Part shown: positions 49,585 through 64,000 of the stretch, in pieces | Numbering within the stretch: the first letter of the stretch is position 1 | How the letters are laid out: the number at the start of each line of letters is the position of its first letter | Assembly (NCBI GenBank): GCA_964016885.1 | Contig: OZ024742.1 | Coordinates: forward strand, 263,562,001-263,626,000 | DNA: 64,000 nt | Direction: 5' to 3' | From: Eledone cirrhosa | Lineage: Eukaryota | Made by a program: the position numbers and the translations under genes | Notes under the pieces: model-generated | Seen by the model: only the letters and a program-made list of their open reading frames with translations | The model's database searches: none | What the model was told of the DNA's origin: nothing

Positions 49585-50639
49585 GGGAGAGTGATTCTGA
49601 TCAAGGAATCGTAGTAAACCACCATTAAAGAACAAAATAGATAGATTTCACTACCCCGTTTCCTTGTTTGAACAATTGATCCTTTAAAGAATTTCATACA
49701 TACACACATACATACATATATATACATACATACGTAAGTACATGTATATGTGTGTTTGTGTGTATATATATATATGAGAGAGAAAGAGAGAGAGAGAGAG
49801 AGATTGAGAGAGAGTGAGAGAGAGAGGGAGAGAGAGAGGATAAGAGAGACTAATGGTGGCTATTTATATAATCTACTCATCAGACCCACTCGAGGTTTTG
49901 CTAACATCGAGGAGAACAACACAATTTTCATCAAATATCTCAAAGAGGAGTAATATGGAGAATAGGTTTCCATTACATCTCTCTTTACGAAATAAGTAGG
50001 GTTGGCTTGTAGTTACATATTAGTAAAAGCATGTGAACAGAAATCAACAATATCTGTGTAGAAAAGGGACCATTTTATGTTGATAATTATGTTGGATATT
50101 TCGTCCTTCTATACATTAATTTTCCTGTTAAATTTATAACTATTGAATCGTTTAATTCTTTCTTTTGTACATTCATGGTTTGAAAAATATACAACGACTT
50201 TTGTCTATTTTATACCTTTAATTTTCCCATTCCATCTTCGTATTATTGTTTACATAAGTACACTGTCGTATATCATTGATTTTATATGTAGAAATTGTGT
50301 CGTATTCTTTAGTGTAGTTGATATATATAATGGTGGTTATGATGGCTATCAAACCATTGTGTTTTCGTGCTAAATATAACGACATAATCTTGTGTTTTGT
50401 TATTATTGTATGTTGTATTTTGCCGTAATATATACTTTTGAAATGTTCCATTCTACAATCTTCTATTGTCTATTTATTCTCTATTATTTCAGACCCTGTT
50501 TTATATTGTTGCTAAGTTGTGTTCAGATAAAACAAAAATACTGTAATGTTCACAACGACATACTCTCCAGATAGATTGTCGGTACAACCATGCCTACCCC
50601 CGCCTCATATATAAATAAGATATATATAAATATATACGT

Positions 50640-51458
50640 TTGGAGTTAGAAGGCCAAAACAATGCAGGTATGGATATAGAATATAAATACAAATGCAAAA
50701 GATATTGCTGACAATTAGTCTTTTACCTTAAATTTATTTGAATATCCTTAATTTTCGAGATAATATCTATTCTTCGGAAATAAGTAAAGGGGTTAATCCA
50801 GTGTTCTAATTAGCTTGCCAAGTCATGCTGACAGGAAATGGTATAGAAATTCCATTCTATTTCTAATGTCAAAGAGTGAAGGTTAGGTGGATAAAGAGTT
50901 GTCTCCCTTTAAAAAGGGTTTGAACATGTATGTCTAAGTGTGTGTGGGAGAATACATGAAGGTGTAAGCATGCGTGTGTGCGTGCGTGTGTGTGTGAGTG
51001 TGAGAGGATATGTTTATATGTAAATGTGGGGGCTAGATGCTCTATCATGTTGAAACTGGTCTTTGTGTGTGTATCTGTGTGTGAGAGAGAATAAGTGGAG
51101 GTGTAAGCGTGCGTGTGTGTGTGTGTGAGAGAGAGAGGGTACGTGGAGGTGTAAGTGTGGGGCTAGGTGCTCTATCATGTTAAAAATTGGGTGTTGAGTT
51201 CTAGTCTGTTATTGATTGGTGGTTGCGTTTTGTCTATAATCAGTGCTTATTTAATTCTAAGATTGCCGAGGTTTCTTTCCTTAGCTTCTATTTTAACTAT
51301 TATGTTTTTTGTCGGTGTTTTTGCATTTCACTAGGTGTTTCTTAGATGAGGAAGCGTTGGTGTTGAGGCGTTCTTTTATTCTTATGTGAAGTGGTCTGGT
51401 GGTGCTACCTATGTAGAAATTGCTGCATTTGTTGCACTCTAATCTGTATACGACGTAT
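50640..51458 (-). mobile_element. PLE 3' fragment (GIY-YIG about 51185-51457) plus 3' UTR
   Basis: VVYRLECNKCSNFYIGSTTRPLHIRIKER...LRIK*ALII..QPPIN. The UTR has a duplication of about 120 bp. The lower boundary is approximate. Confidence 0.8.
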
Positions 51459-51542
51459 ACAACTAAAATGGATATCGACCCTCGGCAACAACACCAAAGA
51501 ATCTACACAACCAGATTCCCGATATACCAACTGGACTGCTAG

Positions 51543-52402
51543 TCTATATATATAAAACAGAGGATGTCTGTCTGTGTGTCTGTTTCCCTAAAACTCGAGA
51601 AGTACCCAACCACTCTTTTTCAAACTTTACACATGTAACCCGTATGGCCCCGGAAGTGTTTTGAGAAAAAAAAGTTTCAAATTTTCAATGCCCTAGGGTC
51701 CGCATTAGGCTATTTAGCGCTCTTTTTCTCTTTCTCTTAGTCTTTCTCTTTTTAGATAGATACATAGATATGACGTCGTGCCTTCATAATATCTGTCTGT
51801 ATGCCTGACTGTCTGCAATACGTCATTATGACGCGATCAGTGTGTGTGTATATATATTCTTATGCCTGGGAACCTTTTCACGAACCAAAGTATCGTCTTC
51901 CTGTTTTCCAGATTGATTTTTTTAGTTTAAGAAGATCCCGTTAAGGTTGAAAGCAGCGATTCTTTGCTTAAACATTAATATGTTATTTTAATATAGATAT
52001 TCGTGTACAGATATTTTTGCAAACACAAAAACAAAATATAAACAAACAAGGCCAAAGATTACATCAGTTAGTCTTAGTGTACTTCATACTGCTTTTAGGT
52101 AGAATATCCCGTTAAGGGTGAAAGCAGCGATTCATTTTCTGCGTTCACAGATTGATTTTTTTAGTTTCAGAAGATCCCGTTAAATGTGAAAGCAGTGATT
52201 CTTTGCTTAAACTTTAATCTGTTATTTTAATATATATATATATATATATATAATTATATATTCATGGACAGATATTTTTGCATACACAATAACAAAATAT
52301 AAACAAACGTATTTACTTCACGATACTCGATAAGGATAAATATATATCAAATATATAAGAACCCTAGAGCAAATCCCGAGCAACGCCGGGCCATTCTGCT
52401 AG
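51543..52402 (+). mobile_element. Non-autonomous Helitron containing family C fragments
   Basis: 5' TCTATATATATAAAACAG..(TCTG)n. 3' CCCGAGCAACGCCGGG..CTAG|T. Confidence 0.8.
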
Positions 52403-53515
52403 TATATAATAATTATATTGCAACAGACTATAGCTGCATGGGAATACAATAACATTTAAGAGTTCAGTCCATTACATTTTCTGAAAAGATTTGTCATCAA
52501 CACGAATGACTTTTCTTCATATCAGTAATATAATTTTAATTGATTCAACATTCTTCTGGTCTCATAGCATTAAATGCATTAACCCACACTCAACTATAAA
52601 TGTTGGTATTGTAGCAACCTATAGTTATATGCTGTTGCTGTTTAGCCCCACGTCGAACCTGACCAAAAATTCTTATGATAATGTATTCCAGACAAGAACA
52701 TCCAATTTTTAAAGCCTAATGTACATAGAACCATATATTATCCAAGGTATTGCTTTTGAAGACGGCAGAGTATTATTTGAGAGAGACCTGGTTATTATTT
52801 CTAGCATGTTTGTGACCACATATGGCTAATTGCAGATCACTTGATGGCTAATTGTAGGAACTCTCTCGCTGGCTAATGACAGTAACACTTTTGGTGGCTA
52901 TTTGTAGGGGGTCTTTCGTTGGCTAATTCTAGGAGCCCTCTCTCACTGGCACAGTTCAGTGGTATTTTAATCAGCGGTATCATTGTGTAAAACAAAACCT
53001 ATAAAAGGGCGAAGGGACTCAGGTGAGTCAACGGTCATCCAATAGTATGTAATAAAAAAAAGGGCATAGACAGAGTTCGTTAGGTTGGCAGTCTGTCTAG
53101 GAGAAAAGTCATTCTGATTTCAAAATCGAGGTAGATAGGACTGCTTAATCACCTTGGTGACACCCTTTAAAATGATCAATCGGCTCCATCCTTGTGATGA
53201 AGGCTGATTAGCTACGGCTCCGTTGCCAGATTCCGAGTAATGACCGGATGAGGATTTTGGACCGACCGACGTCACTTTTTTTACCCATAAAAATTGTGGA
53301 CATACAACATCATATAGAGCATTAGTGCTATTGTCCATGGTCCCTGACTCACAGCAATGAGGGTGGGAAGAGACCACACCATTATTGTGATAATGGTAGA
53401 CATAATGGCGAAAGTGAAGGTGATGATGATTAAGCTAATGATGGCAGTGCTAGTGATGATTATAAAGACAATGGTGGGGATGAAGTTGTTGTTTTTGTTG
53501 TTGTTTATCATGATG

Positions 53516-53560
<45 letters not shown>

Positions 53561-53679
53561 CGATGAGAATGTTGATGATAATAAGGATGATGATTGAGAT
53601 GATGATGGGCATAATGATGATGGTAATGGTGAAATAATGATGATGCTGATGTTGGTAATAATGGTAACGGTAATGATAT

Positions 53680-55985
53680 ATTTCTTTATTAGCCACAGGG
53701 GCACAAAAGAAGGGGACAAATACAAAGGGGGAAGTTTACATACAATAAAAACGTGTAAAATGTTATCACAGATGGAATTTAAAAGTTAGTCGATTTTCCC
53801 CAATAGAAGGAGACAGTTTATATGGGTAACACAGACCCCCGAAAAAAATGTGCAACCCTCATCTCCAGGAGTACGAAGAGCTTGTACTCCTTTCCTCTCC
53901 TCCTCCTTTTCCTCAACCTACAGGCTGATATAGAGAGAAGGCCCATTCACTCGGGCCATTCTCGCCACTTTCACCCACCTTTCATAAAACTTGCTGGGGT
54001 ACAGCACCTCTCTCTCCATCCTGATTCTTCTTCCAAAGTGGTATTTGAAAAAAAGAATCAGTTGTTGGCCGGAGAGAAAGGTGTCTGACCTCAGCCCTTT
54101 CAACCTTGTCCACCATACAACCTCTTTCGCCATAGCTATCACACAAAGGAAAACCGCCTCTCCTTCGTTTTTGAAGGAGGGTGGCGGTTTGATCATGACA
54201 ATGGACTCGGTGGTCAACTGGATTGGTCCCACCCGCGACAATAGTCGTTCTACATAGCCCCACAGGTCAGTGACGCCCGGGCAGTGTATGAATGCGTGCG
54301 CGACGGTTTCTTCGTCTCGCACGCACCTCGGACAGATCTTTTTTGCAGGGTCCCTGCCCGGGCGCCCATGTCTGTAGAGCTTGTCTCGAACTGGTAGAGC
54401 TCCTCGGTAGCACTGCCAGGCCAGGGACTTTTGGAAGTTGTCCATCGGTCCCGGGCGGAAGGTCCTACCGAACAGACTGGCCAGTTCATCTTCCTCCACG
54501 CCTAGAGTTTCACCGAGCGCGTCGTCGCACTTGCTGCGGACCAACCCTCTATAGAATGACGAAGTGGAGTCTCCACTGATCGCCGGGTCCGCCTGTCAGA
54601 GGGCTGTGAGCGCCTGAGCACATTCGATGTGCCAGTCGCCCATTTTCCTCGGTCTCTGCTTGACCCAGGACTGCAGCTCGGTCAGCGAGACGAGTCGTGG
54701 GAAGGCTCGCCTCACGAACGGGGCCCACACCGGTTGTCCGGTGAGGAATACGTAGAGATGCCACAGCCTGAGCGCGTGTTTGCGCATCGTCAACCACGGC
54801 ATCCCCAGCCCTCCGCTAGAAGGGTGTTGGCAGCAGATGGATCTTCTTACCAAAGGAGCCCGCCTCTTCCAAAGGAATCGGAAGAGGGCGCGCTCCATTT
54901 TGGCGAGCGTTTTGGCTGGACAAGGCACGACGGTCAAGCGGTAGTAGATGGCGGACGCTATAAAAGTGTTCGCCACCTCCGCTCGACCTTTCAAGGATAG
55001 TTTGCACTCGGCCCACTTCTGGGTGAGTGCAAACACCTTGGCCGTCACTTCGTTCCAGTTCTTCTCCACCTGGAGGTCCGGACCAAACCAGACCCCGAGC
55101 AGCTTTACCGGTCCTTCCGTCCAGCGTCCGACGACGCCATCGGAAGGCATCGGTCTGCCTCTCCACGATCCGAGTTGCAAACCGATGGACTTGTCCCGGT
55201 TCAGCTTCGCTCCTGTGAGACTTTCGTATTCCTTTAGTAAGGTGCCGACTTCCTCGATTTGCGAGGCGCTCGACACCATTACTGTCACGTCGTCGGCGTA
55301 GGCCGACGCCGCTTTCCGCAGTCCCGGTTCCAGAGGGATGCCCTGCAATAGCTCCAGCTTCCGCAGTAGTGGCTCGAGAGTCAGTACGTACAGAAGGGAG
55401 GAGAGAGGGCATCCCTGTCGAATGGATCGCGTAATATGGAACGGCTCCGAGAGGTAACCGTTCACCTTGACCCTTGAGCAGATGTTGCTGTTGTGCATTG
55501 CAGCAATCCAGCCCCTGAACACGGGTCCGAAGCCTGCCGCCTCGAGCACCGCATCCAGGTAACGGTGGTCAACCCTATCGAAAGCCTTAGACTGATCCAA
55601 GTTGATCAGGGCCCCACCGAAGCCGGGTTTACACCCTACCCTCTCTATGATGTATCGCATGAGGTGGAGGTTGTCGTGTATGGACCTGGTCGGGATCGCG
55701 CATGTCTGCGCTTCTCCCACCAGGTTCTCGACGACAAGCGCCAGCCTCTTTGCCAACACCTTGGCCAAAATCTGTAACTCTGTGTTTAGCAGAGTTATGG
55801 GCCGGAAGTTGCCTATGTCATCCCCCTTATTCTCGTCCTTCCTGATTAGTGTGACCACGCCCCCGGTTACAGAACTGGGAATTCTCCCGTTCTGTTGCCA
55901 GTTGCAGTAGACCGCTTCCAGGAGACCGGAGAATAAGTCCGGCATTGCTACGTAAAATTCGTAGGGTAGACCGTCGAGACCTGGA
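53680..55985 (-). mobile_element. 5'-truncated L1-clade (Tx1-like) LINE
   Basis: FRPITLLNT, DQSKAFDRVDH, RQGCPLS, AYADD, GGLG, CPRC..ETVAHAFIHC. Frameshift near 54590. AATAAA at the 3' end next to a (CAT)n-type tract. Confidence 0.92.
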
Positions 55986-56121
55986 GATAGATAGTTTATA
56001 TGGCAGAGATGATGGTGGTTGGATGGTTATAATAAACAGATAGGTGTTGTTGTGATGTCTTTACATTTTTACCTTACTTTCAGTATTTTGGCTTAACATG
56101 CCCCTATCAAGACAAACTTAC

Positions 56122-56137
56122 TGAGCTTAGTTCTGAT
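56122..56137 (-). CDS. Candidate 16-nt micro-exon of the host gene
   Basis: tttttcctttatcgccatatatttgaacAG|ATCAGAACTAAGCTCA|GTAAGT. Phase-1 exit fits 34809-34825. Confidence 0.3.
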
Positions 56138-56465
56138 CTGTTCAAATATATGGCGATAAAGGAAAAATAGCAACATGTGCAGGTTAGTACGGTTATATTA
56201 GTCAATTAACGCTGTGCAAAAGCTTTCTGTTGTTGATTTAATTTAAAAAAAAATAATTTCATTAAGAGTCAGATTTCCAATATTTCGTAACCACATTGAT
56301 ACAAACGAACTTCCACACCCTATAGTCATACTTGTGAATGCATACATGTATGCAAGTATGAGTGCATATCTGTATGAATGTATGTGTACGTACATTTACG
56401 TAAGTGTGTATATATGTTTATATATATGCGTGTGTGTATGTGTATATACACACACACATACACAC

Positions 56466-56499
<34 letters not shown>

Positions 56500-56546
56500 C
56501 CGTATATGGTTTACGGCTGAGAGAAAGGATTAATCAATATCAATTT

Positions 56547-56669
<123 letters not shown>

Positions 56670-57612
56670 AATATAAGTATGTATGTATACGTACATACAT
56701 ATATGCATACAGACGTACAGTAGTATGTATATATATACATACATGCACACATATATATATGTACGTATGGGTTTACCGAACATTTATTATAATGTTCGGT
56801 TTGTTTGTAAACAAACAGCCCGAATTAAGCCGTACAGTGTTCAGGCAACCATCGTCACCTTTTTGTTCAACACTGACACAGGAATGATGTACTAGTTTCA
56901 AGCTTATTAGCTATCGTCAGCATCGTATACCTTCCTGCCAGATGATTGAACGTCTGAAAGTATATACTTTCCCTATGCATATTAACGGCTGAGCAGCCTA
57001 ATTTGCATATCGAGTGAGTTAGTCGGCCGGGCGCACTGAAAACGATAAATGGAAAAGAATGAAACGAAATTTCATTTCTCACTCTTAGTACGGCTGATAC
57101 TTAAATGTAAGTATGTATACGTACATACATATATGTATACAGACGTACAGTAGTATGTATATATATACATACATGCACACATATATATATGGGTTTACCG
57201 AACATTTATTATAATGTTTGTTTGTTTGTTTGTAAATATGCATAAGGAAAGTATGTACTTTCAGACGTTCAATCATCTGGCAGGAAGGTATACGATGCTG
57301 ACGACAGTTAATAAGCTTGAAACTAGTACATCATTCTTGTGTCAGTATTGAACAAAAAGGTGACAATGGTTGCCTGAACACTGTACGGCGTAATTCGGGC
57401 TGTTTGTTTGTTTACAAATAAACAAACCGAACATTATAATAAATGTTCGGTAAACCCATACGTACATATATATATGTGTGTATGTATGTATATATATACA
57501 TACTACTGTACGTCTGTATACATATATGTATGTACGTATACATACATACTTACATTTAAGTATCAGCCGTACTAAGAGTGAGAAATGAAATTTCGTTTCA
57601 TTCTTTTCCACG
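56670..57612. mobile_element. Family E array: about 1.3 head-to-tail monomers (-) then about 0.9 monomer (+)
   Basis: Period about 430 nt (gtatacgtacatac at 56685 and 57115). Inversion at about 57233. HHRs at 56886-56924(-) and 57294-57332(+). Confidence 0.88.
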
Positions 57613-57734
57613 TATAAATATATATATGTATACGTGTATATATATGTGAGTTTTTAAATCCGTTAATTAATTTGATATATATATATTATATATTTATATA
57701 TATATACGCGTGTATATATATATATAGGAATGTG

Positions 57735-57778
<44 letters not shown>

Positions 57779-57784
57779 TGTGTT

Positions 57785-57837
<53 letters not shown>

Positions 57838-58196
57838 GCGTGCGTATGTGTATGAATGCATGTCCTATGCTAATGTAGTTAACGTGAAAAAAAAGATGGC
57901 TGCAGTTATATCCGGCCCTGCTTTCTCAGGTGTTGATAGTTTCAGCTAAGTTAAATAAATGAATGGCGGTAGTAATGATGGTAGAGAATAGAATCTGTTT
58001 GAATAAATATAGCCAAAAGAAGGATTATGGGGATGAAGAAGGTGTTGATCAGGAAATGCAGATTAACATATACTATTGGATGAAGACTATTTATTTGAAA
58101 GATAAAGATAGAGGCAGTTATAAAGTGTATGTATGTCTGAGAGAGGAGGGCACAGAAAGAGAGAGAGAGAGAATGAGCGAGGGAGAGTGAGAGAGA

Positions 58197-58252
<56 letters not shown>

Positions 58253-58599
58253 TGGAAATGGAGAGAAAATGAGAGGGAGAGAGAATGAGCCGCGTTTTGA
58301 AAGGCAAGATTTACAGAAATCAGTGGTGTTCCAGTTAAGATAGAAACGAGAAATGTGCACTGACACATACTCATAAACATTCGTATATGCACACATTTAG
58401 CTACCTGTCTACATACCTATCTACATACATATATGCATACACACACACAGATGCACATACAATATATATATATATATATACACACTTTGATTACCTGAAC
58501 AGGCAGTATTTATTAGAATGCACAGCCTTTCCCAAAAATAAAATGATCTACAGACATAATTCAATTGTATGTAAACACCCCAAAATGTTTACATAATTC

Positions 58600-58928
58600 A
58601 GATAATTGTTTCTATTTTCGGCACAAAGCCAGAAATTATTCCAGTACATTACAGGTACTTTATTTTATCGACCCCGTAAGGATGAATGGCAAAGTTAACC
58701 TCGGCGGAACTTGAACTCAGATCATAAAGGGCCGTAATTTAAATAATTGTTTTTACTTTTGGCACAAAGCCAGCAATTATACCAGTGTATTACTGGTACT
58801 TTATTTTATCGACCCCGTAAGGATGAAAGGCAAAGTTAACCTCGGCGGGATTTGAACTCAGACTATAAAGGGCCGTAACTCTTTGTTGTAAAGCATGTCC
58901 GACCCTCTACTGATACTGCCAATCCACC
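58600..58928 (-). mobile_element. Two tandem tRNA-SINEs
   Basis: Consensus repeated at about 58603 and 58743. Confidence 0.88.
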
Positions 58929-58994
58929 ATATGAAACTGAATTCATTTTAATGCATTTTAAAAAGATTTTTGTGTATACACTTTTTCGACACTC

Positions 58995-60542
<1,548 letters not shown>

Positions 60543-60545
60543 GTA

Positions 60546-60627
<82 letters not shown>

Positions 60628-60651
60628 TACATATATATATATATATATATG

Positions 60652-60725
<74 letters not shown>

Positions 60726-60843
60726 AATATGCATACATACACAAATGCGCATCTAGACACTGAAATATGACCATAGACATGTTCACGTACATACAATTAC
60801 ATACATATATCCATTCTCATACAAACGAATACGCACTCATCCA

Positions 60844-60962
60844 TACATACATGGCATGGATACATACATGGCATGGATACATACATGGCATGGATACATA
60901 CATGGCATGGATACATACATGGCATGGATACATACATGGCATGGATACATACATGGCATGGA
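60844..60962 (+). repeat. Minisatellite, 7 x TACATACATGGCATGGA
   Basis: Direct reading, 17-nt unit. Confidence 0.92.
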
Positions 60963-62460
60963 TTGACTACAAAAAGGCATTTGATAGTGTGTCTCGTACA
61001 TGGATACTGAACACACAACCGAAGAATAAAGTAGTACCAACAATAAGAACGTTTATGAGTATGCCATGAATAAGTGGCAAACGATTCTACAAATAAAAAT
61101 AAAAGGTGAAACTATCCAATCAACGGAGGAATATTTCAAGGGGACTCCCTATCACAACTGTTCTTCTGCTTAGGATTAACATCGTTATCTGAAAAACTAA
61201 AGCAAGCTGGACTAGGTGATAAATGTTACAATAGGAAAGTTAATTTCCTATATATCGATGACTTAAAACTGTATGCCGCAAATGAAATATAACTTAAAAG
61301 ATTACTACATACAGTACATGAATTTATAAAAGAAATGAGTATGAAATTTGAACTAGAAAATGCGCCAAGGCAACCCTGAAGAGGGGAAAACTAATAGAAA
61401 ACAGCAATATCATGCTAGATAAAGAAACTGTGTTAAGAGAGTTAGATCAAACACAGACATACAAATACTTAGGAAACAACGAATTAGATAGAGTTCAACA
61501 TACAGAGATGAAAGAGAAGATTGGAAAGGAACACTACAGACGAATTAGACTACCACTGCACTAAATGCAAACAATAAAGTAATTAGCATCAAACCCTAAC
61601 AATATCAGTAGTAAGCTTTAATTTTCTGAACTGGACGTTAAAAGAACTGGAATGGACAGAAAAATAATGAAAGAAAAATAATGACTGCATTTAGAATACA
61701 CCACCCAATTCAGATGTAGAAAGAGTGTACCTGCCACGAACACACGGGAGAAGAGACCTGTTAAAAATAACTACTGTAGGACTACAAAAACATCTAATGA
61801 AAACAAAGGAAAATTAATAGAAATAGCTACAAAACACGAACAAAACAAAAGAATTGCACTCAATCTTCAAGGAAGCCAATAAATACAAAAGAGAAACCAA
61901 ACTAACAGATAAATGTGAGGAAGAGGAAAATAAACAAGAAACAACAGCAGAAATTGTAAAAAACTGAAAATCCAAACTGAAGACAAACCTCCAGAATGCC
62001 ATGTTAAAAAGATGACAAGAAAAACCCTTACATGGCTAATACTTGAAAAAGTTGAATAGAGAGGGAATAGCCAAACAAAACATACACAACTGGCTAGAAA
62101 AGGTATCAGAGAATGACAAAGCAACTATTCTCTGGGATATGCCAATACATACAGACAGGGAGATCAAAGCCAACCGAACAGACATAGTCAAAGACTACAA
62201 AGAAAAAATAAATGTCTTCTGATTGATGTATCAATCCCAACTGACGACTACATTTCTACCAAGGAATTGGAGAAACTATCCAAATATAAAGATCTAGAGA
62301 TAGAAATAACCTGAATGTGGATATTGAAGACAGAAACAATACACAGCACACATATTATGAAGAGTACTTTCAATACAATAGAACAAACACCACCAAAAAC
62401 CATACTGCACATACCCAAGGCGCACAAAGCTGCGCTCTGTAATGAGTGATAATGTGCAAA
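60946..62460 (+). mobile_element. Degraded 5'-truncated Dong/R4 LINE
   Basis: YMAWIDYKKAFDSV, GIFQGDSLS, YIDDLKLYA, YKYLG, ILWDMPIHTD, KYKDLEIEI. Confidence 0.85.
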
Positions 62461-62487
62461 ATAACAACAAAAACAACAACAATATCT

Positions 62488-63172
62488 ATAATAATGATTT
62501 CTACTATAGGCACAAGGCCAGCAATTAGAGGGAAGGGAAAGGCGATTATATCGACCTCATTGCATTACTGGTACTTTATTTTATCGACTCCGTAAAGATG
62601 ACAGGCAAAGTTAACCTCAACGGGATTGTTCAGAACATAAAGGGCATTAACTCTATGCTGCAAAGCATGGTGTCTGACGCTCCTCCAATACTGCCAATTC
62701 AAATAATAATAATAATTGTTTCTGTTTTTGGCAGAAGGCCAGCAATTATCCAATGCATTACTGGTGCTTTATTTTATCACCCCGAAAGGCAAAATTAACC
62801 TCGGCGGGATTTGAACTCAGAACGTAAAGGGCCATAACACTATACTGCAAATCATGGTGTCTGACGCTCTACCGATACTTCTAATCCAAATAATAATAAT
62901 GATTTCTAGTATAGGCACAATGCCAGTAATTTTGGGAGGAGGGGAAAGTTGATTAAATCGACCCCAGTACGTTAATAATAATAATAATAATAATTGTTTC
63001 TACTTTTGACACAAGGCCAGCAATTATCTCAGTGTATTACTGGTACTTTATTTTATCGACCCCATAATGATGAAAGGCAAAGTTAACCTCGGCGGGATTT
63101 GAACTCAGACCATAAAGGCCGTAACTCTTTGCTGCAAATCATGGCGTCCGACCCTCTACCGATACTGCCAGT
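62488..63172 (-). mobile_element. Head-to-tail array of 4 tRNA-SINE copies separated by (AAT)n
   Basis: Consensus restarts at about 62490, 62712, 62897 and 62992. Confidence 0.85.
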
Positions 63173-63174
63173 AC

Positions 63175-63224
<50 letters not shown>

Positions 63225-63226
<2 letters not shown>

Positions 63227-64000
63227 TTTTCTTTATTAACCACAAGGGTTCACATAAAGTAGACATTAAGGACAGTACAGGACAATACAGGACGGTACAA
63301 ATGGGCATTTCTGCGTGTAGAAAAAACAGAGGTTGAAATAAAATAACAAAGAAAAATTCCCCAATAGGGGGGAGACTTCCAAGGGACATTTGTGGAGAAA
63401 GCCCATTAAAAGACCACAGTGGCCCTGACCACCAGGGCAAGTGCCCTCTCCCAGTTTTCCACCTTTAATTTACAGACACATACTCAGAGAAGGCCCATTC
63501 ATTCGGGCCATACTTGCTTCTCTCACCCATCTTTCAACAAAATGCTGGGAAGAGAGCACTTCCCTCTCTACCCTGATTTTCCTTTTCAAATGAAATTTGA
63601 AAAAGTTAATCAGGGCATCACCGAAGAGGTAAGTGCTCGTCTTCAGCCCTTTCAAACGTGTCCACCATACTATCTCTTTCGCCATGGCCACCAGACAGAT
63701 AAAAACTGCCTGCCCTTCCAGGCTAAAGGAAGCGGGCGGGGCAATCCTCACGATGGACTCAGCTGATAGCCGGATCCGTCCTACACGTGACAGCAGGTGT
63801 TCGACATAAACCCACAAGTCAGCAATGCTCGGACACTGGACGAGTGCGTGCAGGACGGTTTCGTCGCCCTGCGCGCATCTCGGACATGCCCGGCTGACGG
63901 CACCTCCATGCCTGTAGAGTTTATCCCGAACTGGCAAAGCTCCTCGGTAGCACTGCCAGGCCAGGGATTTCTGGAAGTTGTCCATAGGCCCCGGCCCGAA
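63225..64000 (-). mobile_element. Tx1-like L1 3' end (runs off the window)
   Basis: The 171-aa ORF is closely similar to 53918-54544 (MDNFQKSLAWQCYRGALPVRDKL, CPRC..H). AATAAA then (TAT)n. Confidence 0.9.

Noticed and set aside
60844-60962. CRISPR-like array
   Set aside because: The units are contiguous with no spacers, there are no cas genes, and the context is eukaryotic.

Overview
Eukaryotic, AT-rich, microsatellite-dense DNA. The SINE and LINE content and the (TA)n/(CA)n/(GA)n load look like an octopod cephalopod genome (inference). Most of the window is transposon-derived. It holds an intact 1130-aa Dong/R4 RLE-LINE plus three broken relatives, RTE and Tx1/L1 LINE remnants, a 1259-bp Tc1 element with a DD36E triad, non-autonomous Helitrons, many tRNA-derived SINEs, and at least four Penelope-like element (PLE) GIY-YIG/RT remnants. 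A phase-consistent chain of small minus-strand exons (candidates from 56137 down to 430) suggests that most of this lies in the introns of an unidentified host gene. The main hidden signal is a dense set of type-I hammerhead ribozyme (HHR) motifs from about 8 apparently unrelated repeat families, almost all inserted in (TA)n. Two families are attached to PLE ORFs. Two others are ORF-less head-to-tail units of about 430 and 319 nt (retrozyme-like, possible circRNA). Many insertions are fold-back palindromes, and in two clear cases the centre is a micro-palindrome already present in the parent element. All structures were read by eye and no folding or search was run. Most short ORFs in the supplied track are microsatellite or antisense artefacts.
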